Assembly (NCBI RefSeq): GCF_000023965.1
Contig: NC_013202.1
Coordinates: 1,020,001-1,052,000 of the forward strand
Reading direction: 5' to 3'
DNA from: Halomicrobium mukohataei DSM 12286
Lineage (GTDB): Archaea > Halobacteriota > Halobacteria > Halobacteriales > Haloarculaceae
Length of the DNA: 32,000 nt
The position numbers were made by a program, and so were the translations under genes. Position 1 is the first letter of the stretch; the number at the start of each line of letters is the position of its first letter. Positions 18,440-27,651 of this stretch are shown here, piece by piece. The notes beneath the pieces were generated by a model. That model saw only the letters and a list, made by a program, of their open reading frames with translations, was not told the origin of the DNA and ran no database searches.

Positions 18440-19519
18440 ATGCCAGACAGCACACGCGGTACAGCACTCGTATTGGTCCTCTCGGTCGCGCTCGTGGCGA
18501 GCGCGGCCTTCGTCGGGGTCGGCTTCGGCCAGCAGGCCGAGGACGACGCCGACAACACGGAGTTGAGCACACAGAACACGTCGTACCTGCGCGTCGCCCA
18601 CGCCGCGCCCGGCGCGACGTCGGTCGACGTGTACGTCGACAACGAGACGGTCGCCGAGGGCGTCGCGTTCGACACGTTCAGCGACTACATCGCCCTCGAA
18701 TCGGGCAACCACACGATAACGCTCACCGTCGTCGACAGGCCCGACGAGGTCGTGTTCAACGAGACCGTCGACCTCGAACCGCGGTCGGTGACGACCGTGA
18801 CCGCGGCCATCGCCGCGAACGACAGCGAGGGCGGGGTCGTCCCCGTGGCCTACGACGACAGCGCCGCCACGCCGGCAGACGACGAGGCTGCACTCCGGAT
18901 CGCTCACCTCTCGCCGAACGCGCCGGCAGTCGACATCGTCGCCGTCGAGAGCGGCGAGGACAACGCCACCGAGGAGACGGCGACAGAGACGGAGGCAAAC
19001 GAGACCGACGAGACCGAAGAGACCGACGAGACCGCGACCGGTGAGACGGTCCTCGCCGAGAACGTCTCGTACACCGATGCGACCGAGTACGCGAACGTCC
19101 CGGCCGGCGACTACACCGTCGAGGTCAGAGTCGCGGCCGAGGACAACGACGGATCGGTCGTCGCCAGCACGGACCTCTCCCTGGAGAGCGGCGTCGCCCA
19201 CACCGCCTGGGCGCTCGGGAACGTCCCCGAGGACGGCGAGGAGATGCCACCGACCTTCCGCGTCGCCACGACCCAGGACGCCAGCAGGACCATCGACTTC
19301 CCGGGCGCGGAAAACGAGACTGAACAGACGGACACCGAAACGGAAGCCGAAGACGGCGAGACGACCGACGAGGAAACGACCGACGAGGAAGAGACAACTG
19401 AGGAAGAGACGACCGACGAGGAAGAGACGACCGACGAGGAAACGGCCGACGAGGAAGAGACAACTGAGGAGGAAGAGACGACCGACGAGGAAGCGACGGA
19501 GACCGAAGCCGCGACGTAG
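18440..19519 (+). CDS. Secreted DUF4397-domain protein with a Thr/Glu/Asp-rich repetitive C-terminal tail
   Basis: ATG at 18440 with a Sec-type signal/anchor (ALVLVLSVALVASAAFVGVG). Two DUF4397-like modules are present (YLRVAHAAPGATSVDVYVDNETV... and LRIAHLSPNAPAVDIVAVE...), along with many N-x-S/T sequons. The tail reads EETTDEEETTEEETTDEEETTDEETADEEETTEEEETTDEE. Confidence 0.8.
   Translation: MPDSTRGTALVLVLSVALVASAAFVGVGFGQQAEDDADNTELSTQNTSYLRVAHAAPGATSVDVYVDNETVAEGVAFDTFSDYIALESGNHTITLTVVDRPDEVVFNETVDLEPRSVTTVTAAIAANDSEGGVVPVAYDDSAATPADDEAALRIAHLSPNAPAVDIVAVESGEDNATEETATETEANETDETEETDETATGETVLAENVSYTDATEYANVPAGDYTVEVRVAAEDNDGSVVASTDLSLESGVAHTAWALGNVPEDGEEMPPTFRVATTQDASRTIDFPGAENETEQTDTETEAEDGETTDEETTDEEETTEEETTDEEETTDEETADEEETTEEEETTDEEATETEAAT
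19320..19510. repeat. Coding tandem repeats (GAn/ACG-rich) encoding the acidic T/E/D tail
   Basis: The 25-nt block ccgacgaggaagagacaactgagga occurs at 19380-19404 and 19446-19470 (66-nt spacing), embedded in shorter gacgaccgacgaggaa-type repeats. Confidence 0.7.
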
Positions 19520-19535
19520 CCGCTCACCCCCTCGC

Positions 19536-19540
19536 TTTTT
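19536..19540 (+). terminator. Oligo-T tract 3' of the DUF4397 gene (candidate archaeal terminator)
   Basis: The sequence ctcgctttttacc contains T5, 17 nt after the TAG stop. Confidence 0.3.
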
Positions 19541-19639
19541 ACCGAGCACCAGCCGTCGATCCTGGGACCCATCCCGATAGCCCGATCGCTCGATTCTCGA
19601 TCAGCGGGCCGGCGACCATCTGACGTTTCGACCAGACTT

Positions 19640-20623
19640 ATGCCGTCGCTGGCCGACCACTCGTGTATGGATCACGAGACCGCCGGCCGGGCCTGCGCCG
19701 AGATTCTCGACGCCGTCGGGAGCGCGGTGATCGCCGAGGACGCCTTCCTGGAGGCCGTGCTGACCGGCGTCCTCGCACGGGGCCACGTCCTGCTGGAGGA
19801 CGTACCCGGCACCGGCAAGACGCTGACCGCCCGGAGCTTCGCGAACGCGCTCGATCTCTCGTTCAACCGCATCCAGTTCACGCCGGACCTGTTGCCGGCC
19901 GACATCACCGGGTCGAACGTCTACAACGAGGGGACGGGGAGCTTCGAGTTCGCGCCGGGGCCGATCTTCGCCAACGTCGTGCTGGCCGACGAGATCAACC
20001 GCGCCCCGCCCAAGACACAGGCCGCGCTGCTGGAGGCGATGGGCGAGGGCCAGGTCACCGTCGACGGCGAGACCCACGCGCTGCCCGAGCCGTTTTTCGT
20101 CATCGCGACGCAGAACCCGGTCGAGCAGGAGGGGACCTTCGGGCTGCCCGAGGCCCAGCGGGACCGCTTCGTCGTCAAGACCGCGATGGGCTACCCCGAC
20201 TTCGACGGCGAGCGAGCGCTGATCGACCGGCGGGCCGACCGCACCGCACAGGCACCGAGCGTCACGGCGATCGTCGACGCCGAGCGGATCCCCGACCTCC
20301 AGCGCGTCGCCGAGACCGTCACCGTCGACGGGAAGCTCAGGGACTACGTCGTCGAACTCGGGCGGGCGACCCGCGCCGACGAGCGCGTCGACGTCGGCGT
20401 CTCGCCGCGCGGGATCCAGCGGCTGTTCGAAGCCGCTCGCGCTCGCGCCGTCATCGAGGGGCGGGACTACGTCGTCCCCGAGGACGTACAGCGGGTCGTC
20501 CGCGACGTGTTCGCTCACCGACTGGTGCTGACCGCCGACGCGAGCGTCCGCGAGGTCGACCCCGACGAGGTAGTCCGGGACGTGCTCGATCGGATCGAGG
20601 TGCCGGCCGTCTCGCCGACCTGA
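19640..20623 (+). CDS. MoxR-family AAA+ ATPase
   Basis: 327 aa, with an alternative ATG at 19667. Walker A is DVPGTGKT and Walker B is VVLADEINRAPPKTQAALLEAM. Sensor/arginine-finger motifs are PFFVIATQNP and EAQRDRF. Confidence 0.9.
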   Translation: MPSLADHSCMDHETAGRACAEILDAVGSAVIAEDAFLEAVLTGVLARGHVLLEDVPGTGKTLTARSFANALDLSFNRIQFTPDLLPADITGSNVYNEGTGSFEFAPGPIFANVVLADEINRAPPKTQAALLEAMGEGQVTVDGETHALPEPFFVIATQNPVEQEGTFGLPEAQRDRFVVKTAMGYPDFDGERALIDRRADRTAQAPSVTAIVDAERIPDLQRVAETVTVDGKLRDYVVELGRATRADERVDVGVSPRGIQRLFEAARARAVIEGRDYVVPEDVQRVVRDVFAHRLVLTADASVREVDPDEVVRDVLDRIEVPAVSPT

Positions 20624-20723
20624 GCGCCGGACCGATCGGATCGTCAGACTGCCGGCTGTGACTCTGTGACCGATGTCGCCACCCGAGGTGACGACGGTCG
20701 CCGCGACGTGACGGCCGGCAGCA

Positions 20724-21182
20724 TCACTCGTCGGCGAGACTCGGCGCGAACGATTGGTCTCTTGCGACCACCGTCTCGGGCGAGAACCGGACGAACGACC
20801 ACCGCTCCGGATCGAGGTCGACGAATCGCGGGTCCCACTGGTCGGGATCGTCGCCGAGGTAGTTCCCCAGCAGCCGTCGCACGCGGTCGGCGTCGAGCGC
20901 GACCAGTTCGGCGCGGCCGCGCATGCCGACGTGGTGGACCCGGCCGCTCGTCGGCTCGGCGTCGACGACGGCGACGGCGCTCTCGGGGCGGGCCTCGATG
21001 CGCCCGGTGTAAGACTTGCCGACGGTGTCACCGAGAATCCAGACGTACTCGTCCTCCCACAGGAACCACAGCGGGGAGACGCGAGGCTCGCCGGTCGGAG
21101 CAGTCGTCCCGAGAAAGCAAAACAGCGGGCGTGCGAGCACCTCGTCGATCGAGCTTTCGAGCGTGTTTTCGACGATCTCCAT
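20724..21182 (-). CDS. Pyridoxamine 5'-phosphate oxidase family (FMN-binding split-barrel) protein
   Basis: I used the internal ATG at 21182-21180 of track ORF 20724..21317 (MEIVENTLESSIDEVLARPLFCFLGTTAPTGEPRVSPLWFLWEDEYVWILG...). The upstream extension is Ser/Pro/Trp/Cys-rich and overlaps the end of the previous gene. Confidence 0.7.
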   Translation of the reverse strand: MEIVENTLESSIDEVLARPLFCFLGTTAPTGEPRVSPLWFLWEDEYVWILGDTVGKSYTGRIEARPESAVAVVDAEPTSGRVHHVGMRGRAELVALDADRVRRLLGNYLGDDPDQWDPRFVDLDPERWSFVRFSPETVVARDQSFAPSLADE

Positions 21183-21228
21183 GCCGGCGAGTCGGACCGC
21201 CCCCAGGTAAGGATTGTACTCGCACCGA

Positions 21229-22836
21229 TCACCGCAGCGCGACCAGCAACGCCAACAGCCCCGCGACGGCGACGACCAGGCCGGCGACGACGGCCCCGTC
21301 GGCGACGGTGACCGCACCGACGGCGGCGTCGGTCACGGCCACGGCGACGGCGACGCCGACCCCGCCGATGGCCAGCGTTCCGGTCGTGTGGACCAGTTCT
21401 GCCCGACGGGTGTCGGCCCGCCGTCCGATCTCCTCGCCCAGCGTCGTCCCGAACTCGCCCACGTCCCAGACGAGGACGGCCGCGACGAGACTGGCAAACA
21501 GCAGCGCCGTCGGAACGCCGACGACGCCAGCGAACGCCGCGACCACGAAGAGTGCGCCACTGGCGATTCCGACGCCGGCAGTGCGGTCGTCGAGGTACTT
21601 CGTGAGCAAGACGAGCCACAGACACATCGCCACGACCGCGGCGACCAGCAACACGAAGCCGACGCCGGTCAGGACGATCGGGACCGGGCCGTAGAAGTCG
21701 ACGACGGAGCCAGACAGCTCGCGAAACTGCGGGCCGAACTCGCCGGGCAGCGTCGCAGCGACCCAGCCGCGAGCCGCCGACAGGACCGGGCCGGCGACGA
21801 GGGCGGCCGCGACCAGCACCCCGCTCCCGGCCGCGAAGGGCGCGACCGCGGCCCCGATCCGGTCGGCAGCGGTCTGGGCGGTCCGCCGGAGCACGGCGAC
21901 GGCGACGAGCGTCGCGACACAGAGGACGATCACACGCCACGCGAGCCTGCGAGCCGGCGGCGCGGTCGTCACCGCCGTCAACAGGTCGAAGGCGGGCGGC
22001 GTCACCACCGACTGGAGCCGCTCGGGCGGGAACACGTAGTCGGTGAAGAACCCCACGGGAACCCCGAACCCGGCGACGACGGCCGCCCGGAGCAGCCACG
22101 ACCGGACGCTCGCGACGGCGCGCTCGACCGCCGGATCGGTCGTGAGTTCGGTGAGCGGCAGGGCACCGACGGTCCGTCGGACGACCAGAAGCGCGGCCGC
22201 GACGAGCAACAGGAACGTCGTCACGCTGGGTCGGACCGCTGGGGGCTCGAAGACGACCGTCGTGGCCGTCCGGAGCACGTCGCCGAGGACGGCCCCGACC
22301 CCCGGTGCGTCGCGGGTGGATTCGAGATACCGGAGGGCCTCGCTGGCGACGAGGACCAGCCCCACTCCGAGTGGCGGTATCGTCGTCTTCAGCGACGCCT
22401 CGGCGGTCCGCCTGGCCGTGTCTCGATCGAGGACGTGTCCGATCGCCACGCTCGCGCCGAAGACGGCCGCGGCCGCGCCGACGACGACCATCGCGCGGGC
22501 CGACAGGTCGACGACGGTCGCCGGCAAGCGGGACAGCGACTCGACGGGGAAGAAGACGCCCGCCAGGACGATGACGGTCCCGACCGTCGCAGCGACGACG
22601 CCGACCCCGATCGGGAGCGCGAGCAGGCTGGTCAGGACGGTCCCCAGCGTGCGGTGGCGGTCCCAGCCGGCGGTCCAGACCGCCAGTGCGAGCGCGACCG
22701 CGCCCGCCCCGCCGAGCGCGGCCGGCACCGCGACGCCGATCGCTCGCACGAGCACCGTCGCTGTCAGCAGCGTGACGAACACGACCAGCCCCGTGCTCGC
22801 CGTCGTCGGCCGCCACTCAGTGCGATCGTCGATCAT
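21229..22836 (-). CDS. Polytopic integral membrane protein (535 aa, at least 12 TM), last gene of the transglutaminase/DUF58 operon
   Basis: The ATG at 22836-22834 overlaps the DUF58 stop (ATGA). The protein is almost entirely hydrophobic and Ala/Val/Gly/Leu-rich. No family recognised. Confidence 0.7.
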   Translation of the reverse strand: MIDDRTEWRPTTASTGLVVFVTLLTATVLVRAIGVAVPAALGGAGAVALALAVWTAGWDRHRTLGTVLTSLLALPIGVGVVAATVGTVIVLAGVFFPVESLSRLPATVVDLSARAMVVVGAAAAVFGASVAIGHVLDRDTARRTAEASLKTTIPPLGVGLVLVASEALRYLESTRDAPGVGAVLGDVLRTATTVVFEPPAVRPSVTTFLLLVAAALLVVRRTVGALPLTELTTDPAVERAVASVRSWLLRAAVVAGFGVPVGFFTDYVFPPERLQSVVTPPAFDLLTAVTTAPPARRLAWRVIVLCVATLVAVAVLRRTAQTAADRIGAAVAPFAAGSGVLVAAALVAGPVLSAARGWVAATLPGEFGPQFRELSGSVVDFYGPVPIVLTGVGFVLLVAAVVAMCLWLVLLTKYLDDRTAGVGIASGALFVVAAFAGVVGVPTALLFASLVAAVLVWDVGEFGTTLGEEIGRRADTRRAELVHTTGTLAIGGVGVAVAVAVTDAAVGAVTVADGAVVAGLVVAVAGLLALLVALR

Positions 22837-24170
22837 CGGTTGAACAGCTCCGCGAGCGAGGCCCGCATGGCGATGTCGATCGGTTCGTCGAGGTCCCAGT
22901 CGATCAGCGTCGCCCCGGTCAGCTCCACCGACTGGAGGCGCAGCCGGCGTTCGAGCGCGACGACGGTCTGGGCCGGTCCCTCGCCGCGAGTCACGTCGGG
23001 ACTGACGACGGTCGTCGGGTAGCTCCGCGCCCGGAGGCTCGTGATCAGTTCGGTCGGCCAGTCGTCGAGCAGCGGCGAGAAGACGACGACCTGAGCCGTC
23101 GGCGGGAGGCGAGCGAGCAGCGACTGGATGTCGGGGACGGTCCGATCCGTCGGGGTCTCTGCCCCCTCCCGCTCGCCGCCGTCGGGGGCGACGCTGTCGC
23201 GTGCGGCCGCCGACTGGACGCCGTCGAACAGACGACTCGCCTGCGGGCTCTCGACGCCGCCGTCGGGGTCAGCCCAGGCCAGTCCGTCGGGGCCGAGCCC
23301 GCCCACGAGATCCTCGTCTGCGAGCCCGACGGCGGTGACGCTGGCGACGACACTCGATCTGGACAGGGCATCGAGCAGACGCTCGGCGGCGTAGGCGGAC
23401 AGCTCGGCACCCGTCGGATACCCCGCTTCCGGCGTCACCCGCGTCGGGGGGCGTGCGTCGACGACCAGCACCGTGCGGACGGCCTGTTCCTCGCGGTACT
23501 CGACGGTCGTCAGTTCGCCGGTCTTGGCCAAGCGCCGCCAGTCGATTCGCGAGACCGGATCGCCCGACTGGTAGTCGCGGGTCGCGTGAAACTCCAGCCC
23601 GCTGCCGCCGCTGTCGGTCGGGAGCGTGCCGGCGCGGGGCAGCGTCGCGTCGGCCAGCGGTGCCTCGGCGACCACGTTGGCACAGGTCAGGGCGGTGTCG
23701 CCCGTCGCGGCGACCGTCGCCGTGGCGATCTCGGTGGCCGCCAGCGGCCGGATTCGAACGACGGGGTCCTCGAAGGCGTAGGTCCCCCGCTTCGAGCGGA
23801 CGGCGTACTCGACGGTCGTCGACTCGCCCGGCCGCAGCGAGCGACAGGCCCGCGGCGAGCCCGAGACGACGGTCAGCTCGGCGGGGACGCCGTCGACGAT
23901 CCGAACGTCGGTCAGGGTCCGCCGGCCGGTGTTCTCGACGGTCAGCGTCACGTCGACCGGATCGCCCGGCGTCGGTGCGGCGGCGGCCACGGTCCGGTCG
24001 GCGTCGAGGTTGGCTCCCGACGGGACTCGCGACAGCGACCCGACCAGCACGGAGGCGAGGGGGATCGCCGCCCCCGCGAAGAGGGCCGGTTCGGCGGCCA
24101 GGAGACCGACGCTCAGTAGCGTCACCGTCCCCGCGAGCGGGACGCCCCAGCGCCGGACGCGGTCGGTCAC
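22833..24170 (-). CDS. DUF58-domain protein (MoxR-associated)
   Basis: It lies in track ORF 22833..24269. I prefer the GTG at 24170-24168, which overlaps the upstream TGA (GTGA). There are N-terminal TM helices, and the DUF58 signature is GSGLEFHATRDYQSGDPVSRIDWRRLAKTGEL. Confidence 0.85.
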   Translation of the reverse strand: MTDRVRRWGVPLAGTVTLLSVGLLAAEPALFAGAAIPLASVLVGSLSRVPSGANLDADRTVAAAAPTPGDPVDVTLTVENTGRRTLTDVRIVDGVPAELTVVSGSPRACRSLRPGESTTVEYAVRSKRGTYAFEDPVVRIRPLAATEIATATVAATGDTALTCANVVAEAPLADATLPRAGTLPTDSGGSGLEFHATRDYQSGDPVSRIDWRRLAKTGELTTVEYREEQAVRTVLVVDARPPTRVTPEAGYPTGAELSAYAAERLLDALSRSSVVASVTAVGLADEDLVGGLGPDGLAWADPDGGVESPQASRLFDGVQSAAARDSVAPDGGEREGAETPTDRTVPDIQSLLARLPPTAQVVVFSPLLDDWPTELITSLRARSYPTTVVSPDVTRGEGPAQTVVALERRLRLQSVELTGATLIDWDLDEPIDIAMRASLAELFNR

Positions 24171-24793
24171 GGCCACCCCTCCGTGAGCCCGCGCGTGGCA
24201 CGGACCGTGCGGTGCAGTCGGCGTCGGCGCTCGGCCGCCGGATCGAGCCAGAGCCTGAGACGCGACCACAGCGAGTGCGACGGCCCCTCGTCGTCCGAGA
24301 GGAGGGCCGCGGCGGTCCGGTCGTCGGTCCAGTCACCGCGCTCGACCGCTCGCCGGGCGTCCTCGGGGCCACAGCCGGCCGTCTGTGCGTAGGCCGCCGT
24401 GGCCGTCTCCCGAAACCGCTCCCGGACGGCGTCGAGCGCCTCGTCGTCGCCCGCGATGGCGTCGTCGATCGTCGCCGCCAGCGCCGCGCCGGTCCGACGC
24501 TGGCGTGCCGTCGTGACCGCCTCTGGCGGTTCCGCGGTCGCGGCGTCGAACGCGTCTCCGCCCTCCCCAGCGCGGCTCGGTAGCGTCGCCGACCGGGCGG
24601 CGACGAGCAGGTAGAGTCCGGCGAGGAGGCTGCCGGCCAGCAACAGCTGGCGCGCGTTCGCCGCCTCGCCGAGGGTCACGAGCGGATCGACGGGCGCAAC
24701 CGACAGCAGCGTCTCGGGAGCGAACAGCAGCCCGGCGGCCAACGCCGTTGCGACCGTCCCCACGACGCCGAACAGGACGACCCGGACCCGCAT
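24167..24793 (-). CDS. Hypothetical two-TM protein with a cytoplasmic helical tail (208 aa), operon member
   Basis: I used the internal ATG at 24793-24791 of track ORF 24167..25066. This ATG shares one nucleotide with the transglutaminase TGA. The sequence begins MRVRVVLFGVVGTVATALAAGLLF. The upstream extension is poly-Arg nonsense. Confidence 0.65.
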   Translation of the reverse strand: MRVRVVLFGVVGTVATALAAGLLFAPETLLSVAPVDPLVTLGEAANARQLLLAGSLLAGLYLLVAARSATLPSRAGEGGDAFDAATAEPPEAVTTARQRRTGAALAATIDDAIAGDDEALDAVRERFRETATAAYAQTAGCGPEDARRAVERGDWTDDRTAAALLSDDEGPSHSLWSRLRLWLDPAAERRRRLHRTVRATRGLTEGWP

Positions 24794-27453
24794 CAGCCGG
24801 CCACCTCCGGCTGGCCGCCGGGCGCGTCGCCGTCGGCGTCGTCGGCGCGCTCGACGGCGCGCTCGATCTCGGCGACGGCGTCGGCGACGGCCGGCACCCG
24901 TTCCGTGGGTTCGCGCTGGCCGTACTCGACGGCCCGGAAGGCGTCGACGATCGTCCAGACCGCGTCGGCCGGGAGGTCGTCGACCTCGACGGCGTGGGCG
25001 GCGATCGCCTCCGGCGTTCGGCGCTCCGGCCGGGCCACGGAGACGTGCCCGAGGAACTGCGACCACCCCTCTCTGATCGTCGCGTGAGCGTCGTCGGACC
25101 CGCCGTCACCGTCGCCGGCAGGGGCGAGCGGCTCGAAGCGGGCGGTCACCGCCGACTGGACGCCCCCCGACCGGTCCGCGAGCCAGCGCCGGAGCGCAGC
25201 CAGCAGCGCGGCCGGCGAGACGCGGCCGGTGACGAGCGCGCGCAGGTGCTCGACGGTCAGCACCGTCCGCCGGTAGAGCCGACGGATCGCGCGATCGAGC
25301 ACCGATCCGAGCCCCACCAGCGCGACGACGACCAACTGCCCGCTCCGGGCGAGCGCCGCCGCGATCCGTCTGGGCGTGACTCCGTAGCGGCGAGCCAGCG
25401 CGACCGCGGCGAGGACGGCGACGAGGAGGGCGGCTGCGACCGCCGCCAGGTTCGCGTACAGCCCCTCCAGAGCGGTCCGTCGAGACTGGCCGTACTGCGA
25501 GACCGCGACGGTCGCGCTGTCTGCCAGTGGCAGCGAGACCGTCGTCGTGCCGTCGACGCCGGTCGTCCCGATCCGTTCGCCGTCCAGCGCGACGGTCGCG
25601 CCGGCTGTCGGTTCGCCCGCCACGGTCGCGTTGACTCGGGCGTCGGTCAGCGGGAGGGCCAGCGGTGCCGTCGGCTCGACGCTCACGTTCAGTCGCCCGA
25701 GCGTGAGCCTCCGGGTGCCCTCGACGGCACCGCGACGCACCTCCAGGGTCGTCTCGCCGGGCTCGTCCGGCAGACGCACGGTCGCCCGGCCCCGATCGTC
25801 GGTCGTCGCGACCTGCTCGCCCGACAGTGTCACCGCCGCCCGCCGGAGCGGCTCCCCGTCGACGAGCGCGAGCACCGACACCTCGCTGCCGGTGGTGAGA
25901 TCGCCGCTCACGGAGATCGCCGCGGTCGTGTTCAGGTCGAAGGTCTCGGTGTCGCGGGTCGCGGGGCCGGCCGGTCGGAACAGCCGCCCGTTCTCGCGGC
26001 TCGGCGCGCCGTAGACGACGACCCGCTCGTCGGCGGTGCCGGCGATCGTCACGTTGAGCGTCGCGGCGTAGGGGACGGTGGCGGTCACGTTCCCGTCCGT
26101 GGCCGTGGCACCGACCGGCTCGCCGTTGAACAGGACCTGTGCGCCCATCACCGGAACGCCATCTTCGGTGACGGTCACGGTCACCGGCACGCCGGGGACG
26201 GCCGTCCGGTTCAGCGACACGTCGTAGCCGTCGGCGGTGTCGTCTCGCTCGGTCGGCGTCGGTGTCGCCGTGTCCGTCGCGGTCGGCGTGTCCGTCGGGG
26301 GCTGGTCCGCCGGTGTCGGTGTGGGTGTCGCCGTGGGCGGCTCGTCGTCGAGCGCGGCCCGCTCCTGTTGCTGGCGTTCGGCCGCCGGCGTCGCGTCGAA
26401 GCGGACCCAACCGACCTCGGGGAAGTAGACCTCCGTCCAGGCGTGAGCGTTCATCCCGCGGACGGTGTAGCTGTTCTCGCCGACCTGCTCGCCGGTGGAG
26501 TAGCCGACGACGTAGCGGGCGGGAATGTCCTGACTGCGCAGCATCGCGACCATCGACGTGGCGAAGTACTCGCAGTACCCCGTCTCCATGTCGAAGACGA
26601 ACTGCGTCGCGACGCCGGCCTCCCGCTCGGGATCGTGGCTGGCGTTCAACGAATAGGCCTTGTTCGATTCGAGCCACCGCTCGATCGTGCGAGCGGTCTC
26701 GTAGGGACCGTCGGCGTCGGCCGTCAGGTCGTCGGTGAACGCCCCGAGGCGGCCCTCGCTGTCGGCCGGGAGCTGGGTGTATCGGTCCTCGATCTCGGCC
26801 GGATAGTCCCGACCGGCCTGGCTCAGTACGGCCGGATCGTCGGCCGGGCGCTGACTGACGCCGGTGTAGCTGGTCCCCTGCGGGACGGCCCTGTCGGCCG
26901 TGATCGCACCGTTCTCGGTGATCGAGACGCCCGGCCGAGAGACCTGGGTCGGCCGCCAGACGGTCGGGAGCGACGCGGCGCTGCGTTCCAGGGTCACCTC
27001 GTAGGTGACGCGTTCGTCGCGAGCGCCCTCGACGGGCAGTTCGCCATCGACCGGCGTCGTTCCCTCGCGTCGCTCCCAGCCCGTGCCCGTGTACTCGCCG
27101 TAGGCACCCGTGCGCCAGTAGCTCGCCTGCGTGCTCTGGACCCGGAAGTGGACGTCGTCGCTCCGTGATCGCAGGGCCGACTCGCCGCCCAGCGACCCGC
27201 CCACGTCGGTGCTGTCGCCGGGACTCAGCGCGCCGAGCCCGCCGCCACCGCCCGAGCCGCTGCCCCCCGACCCACCCCGGACCTCCTCGGGGATCGGGAC
27301 CAGCGACGAGGCGGGCGAGTCGGTCCCCGCGGGCGACAGCGCCGGCACCGCGGTCGTCGCCACCACCAGCGCGAGCAGCGTGACTACCACGAGTGCGACC
27401 CGCGAGTAGTCGCGCGTGCCGCCGACCTCGAAGAGAGATTCGTCATCTGCCAT
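24793..27453 (-). CDS. Membrane-anchored transglutaminase-like protein with Ig-like/carboxypeptidase-regulatory-like repeats and a DUF4129-like C-terminal region
   Basis: 886 aa with ATG at 27453-27451. It has an N-terminal TM helix, then a Gly/Ser linker (GGSGGSGSGGGGG). The transglutaminase core carries a Cys-His-Asp triad context (GYCEYFATSMVAMLR...NAHAWTEVYF...VRFDATP). A Pro/Thr linker and beta-rich repeats follow, then a second TM (LAAVAAALLVAVLAAVALA) and a cytoplasmic tail. Confidence 0.9.
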   Translation of the reverse strand: MADDESLFEVGGTRDYSRVALVVVTLLALVVATTAVPALSPAGTDSPASSLVPIPEEVRGGSGGSGSGGGGGLGALSPGDSTDVGGSLGGESALRSRSDDVHFRVQSTQASYWRTGAYGEYTGTGWERREGTTPVDGELPVEGARDERVTYEVTLERSAASLPTVWRPTQVSRPGVSITENGAITADRAVPQGTSYTGVSQRPADDPAVLSQAGRDYPAEIEDRYTQLPADSEGRLGAFTDDLTADADGPYETARTIERWLESNKAYSLNASHDPEREAGVATQFVFDMETGYCEYFATSMVAMLRSQDIPARYVVGYSTGEQVGENSYTVRGMNAHAWTEVYFPEVGWVRFDATPAAERQQQERAALDDEPPTATPTPTPADQPPTDTPTATDTATPTPTERDDTADGYDVSLNRTAVPGVPVTVTVTEDGVPVMGAQVLFNGEPVGATATDGNVTATVPYAATLNVTIAGTADERVVVYGAPSRENGRLFRPAGPATRDTETFDLNTTAAISVSGDLTTGSEVSVLALVDGEPLRRAAVTLSGEQVATTDDRGRATVRLPDEPGETTLEVRRGAVEGTRRLTLGRLNVSVEPTAPLALPLTDARVNATVAGEPTAGATVALDGERIGTTGVDGTTTVSLPLADSATVAVSQYGQSRRTALEGLYANLAAVAAALLVAVLAAVALARRYGVTPRRIAAALARSGQLVVVALVGLGSVLDRAIRRLYRRTVLTVEHLRALVTGRVSPAALLAALRRWLADRSGGVQSAVTARFEPLAPAGDGDGGSDDAHATIREGWSQFLGHVSVARPERRTPEAIAAHAVEVDDLPADAVWTIVDAFRAVEYGQREPTERVPAVADAVAEIERAVERADDADGDAPGGQPEVAG

Positions 27454-27617
27454 GGCTCGTCGATGTGGGACGACCGGCCGGGACGTGACTGAAGATGGAC
27501 GTACGTCAGTCGTGGCGCGATATAAGCTTTGACCAGACGGGACGGTCGCTGGACGGGCGGCCGCCGACGGCGACCCGCCAGCGGACGACGCACCTGCGAG
27601 TTTTGCCGTAACTCGTG

Positions 27618-27626
27618 GTTATAGAT
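27618..27626 (+). promoter_or_regulatory. TATA-like box upstream of metY
   Basis: The sequence gttatagat is centred about 30 nt upstream of the ATG at 27652. Confidence 0.3.
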
Positions 27627-27651
27627 GGCTAGAGCAATATGCGTGTTGTAC

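Noticed and set aside
18311-19549. 412-aa minus-strand ORF.
   Set aside because: It is antisense to the DUF4397 gene. The translation is Arg/Gly/Leu/Val repeats that mirror the acidic tail repeats.
19601-22816. The largest ORF in the track: 1071 aa on the minus strand.
   Set aside because: The translation is Arg/Gly/Pro/Ala-rich low-complexity sequence (runs of RRRR and GRGR). It is antisense to the clearly recognisable MoxR gene and out of frame with the PPOX and membrane-protein genes. This is a typical high-GC artefact.
24748-27168. 806-aa + strand ORF and 523-aa minus-strand ORF (25106..26677) inside the transglutaminase gene.
   Set aside because: They are antisense or out of frame relative to the 886-aa transglutaminase ORF. 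They are Arg-rich and have no start-codon context.
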